Shown here piece by piece: positions 62,200 to 64,000 of a stretch of 64,000 bases of DNA (position 1 is the first letter of the stretch; every line of letters begins with the position of its first letter). The stretch lies in the NCBI RefSeq assembly GCF_001194135.2, contig NC_068984.1, positions 137,700,165 through 137,764,164 of the forward strand. The letters run 5' to 3'. The position numbers were made by a program, and so were the translations under genes. The stretch comes from Octopus bimaculoides (taxonomy: Eukaryota). The notes below the pieces were generated by a model. It saw only the letters and a list, made by a program, of their open reading frames with translations. It made no database searches and was not told the DNA's origin.

Positions 62200-62395
62200 T
62201 AGTGAAGTTCAATATAAACACCAGTATAGATATTTAGTTCCAACAAAATGCAATAAAGCGTTTCCCTTATGATCCACTGCAGTTAGGCGTCCAAATGCAT
62301 TTGGAACGGCCAGTGCTGCGTTCCAAATAACTGCAATGGTGAAACGTACGTAAGAACTAAATATCTACACTGGTTTTTATCTTGATTTTCATTAT
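62200..62395. mobile_element. Small foldback / MITE-like element with nested hairpins
   Basis: CCAGTATAGATATTTAGTTC (62221-62240) vs GAACTAAATATCTACACTGG (62354-62373), 19/20; inner 12-bp and 9-bp inverted repeats. Confidence 0.55.
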
Positions 62396-64000
62396 AGATG
62401 TTTATAGGAAGAAATGTAAGTGGGTTGAAAGAAGGCGCAGAAATTGCAGTTCAGGGGATGAAGTTATAGGCAAAGTGTTTAATTTGGGTTTCTGTGTATG
62501 AAGAAGTTGAAGGGGAGGAATGAGTCTGTTTGGTTATACGTATCCCTCTTTTTAATTATGCAGTATAGTTCAGAGATGCCAGAACACTGCATTAGTAGCA
62601 AAAAAGAAACAGAAGAGAGATACACTAAACTGGGGTGCTTGTGGTTGTTGAGAATTGATGAGGGTGTGAAAATCTGTTTTGAATGTTTGTATGGGCAACA
62701 GCTGTTCCTTTCAACGTATATGACTATTATCATAAGCCTAGGGCGCAATTACACCTTCTTACATCATTATTCTTTAATCACCAATTTTGCTTTTGTCTCT
62801 TCTACCATTCCCATGAACGTCTCCTGAAGTTTTATAGTACGGGCATTTATTACATGATGTACTAGAAACAGTTTTCAAAGTTTTTCTTTCCTTTATATCA
62901 GAATAAACCTGAAATCCACTTCCCACCCATAAATACCAATGCAAAACCTTTCAGTGTAAGCCGCATTGACGTTATTACATCATTCAAACCATATTCGTAG
63001 GAGGTTTATAATATAGAAGCACTGCCTTATTTCATTAACGTGAAAAGAAAGAAAAAAAATGTTTACAGCTACCGTCTTCTACAAGAGTCTTTTTTTTATT
63101 CAGATATTGATCTACCGCAATCAATGAATAGGTGTAGATGGAATTAAACATGTTAAAATACCTTTTGTTTGTGACACCACAGCAAAGATTATGAACACCG
63201 GAGATTAGCCATACATTCTCTATAAAGATTAGTGCGTCTATCCTTAGTGTAATGCATAGAAGAGGAGTGTGATACTGTTATCTTTTATTTACTAGTCTAT
63301 ACTAGTAAAATACTTAACTTACTTTTATGTGATATCATATCTGATATATTTTCCTTTATAAACCAGTTCTTTTCGCTTGCATGTCTCTCAGTTCTATAAG
63401 TATGAAAAGAATCAATAACTCACAAACATCGAGATTAGGCGAATACATTGATTAAGAATTACTTTGACTCTGTTAAATATATTTTAAGCAAAACATTTTC
63501 TCTATGATTTCTTNNNNNNNNNNATATATATATAAAATACACAGCGACATTTGCATTCGGGCAATTTTATAAAAACACTTATTTTCATATTTCTCAATGC
63601 TTCAAAATAGGATCTGAAGTAGGCATGCATGCTTCCATACATTTATGCATAAGTACATGTGCATGCATGTGCGTGTACGTGTGTGAATGTGAATGCATGT
63701 ATGTATGCATGTATGCATATACATCTACGTACATATGTATAGGCATAAATATGCGTGTGTATGCATGTGAATGTGCGTTTGCATATATATATATATATAA
63801 TGTACGCATGTGTGTATATATACATGTATATGTATTTATTATATAAATATATATACATATGTATGTATGCATGTATGAATGTATGTATATGCATGTGTGT
63901 GTATGTGACTGTATCTGTATATATTTTTAAATGCACATTTGCATGTCTATACAAATGTATATATACATATCTATCCATACACACACACACACACACACAC

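Overview
AT-rich, repeat-dense eukaryotic genomic DNA with eight N-gaps. The tRNA-derived SINE repertoire and the neuropeptide gene point to a coleoid cephalopod, most likely an octopus (inference). Two protein-coding segments are supportable. (1) The last coding exon of an invertebrate claudin/Clc-like tetraspan protein (1802-2022, +). (2) A complete single-exon neuropeptide prepropeptide (31529-30903, -, 208 aa) with a perfect GCCACCATG Kozak, a signal peptide, dibasic cleavage sites and a C-terminal amidated 35-mer of the egg-laying hormone (ELH)/DH44/CRF family. A cluster of NRF1/ETS/YY1 motifs at about 8480-8550 marks a promoter whose gene I cannot identify. The rest is transposable elements and simple repeats: a decayed DD35E (Traveler-like) Tc1/mariner element interrupted by a small hammerhead-bearing insert; R4/Dong-type non-LTR fragments nested in TAA/CTA microsatellites; Penelope-like remnants, one with a minimal hammerhead; an RTE fragment; a 572-bp foldback MITE with 37-bp perfect TIRs, an 8-bp TSD and head-to-head telomeric repeats; other MITEs; five SINE families (my labels A-E); and several tandem arrays. 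Nearly all other listed ORFs are microsatellite or gap artefacts. All family assignments come from motif recognition without database searches.
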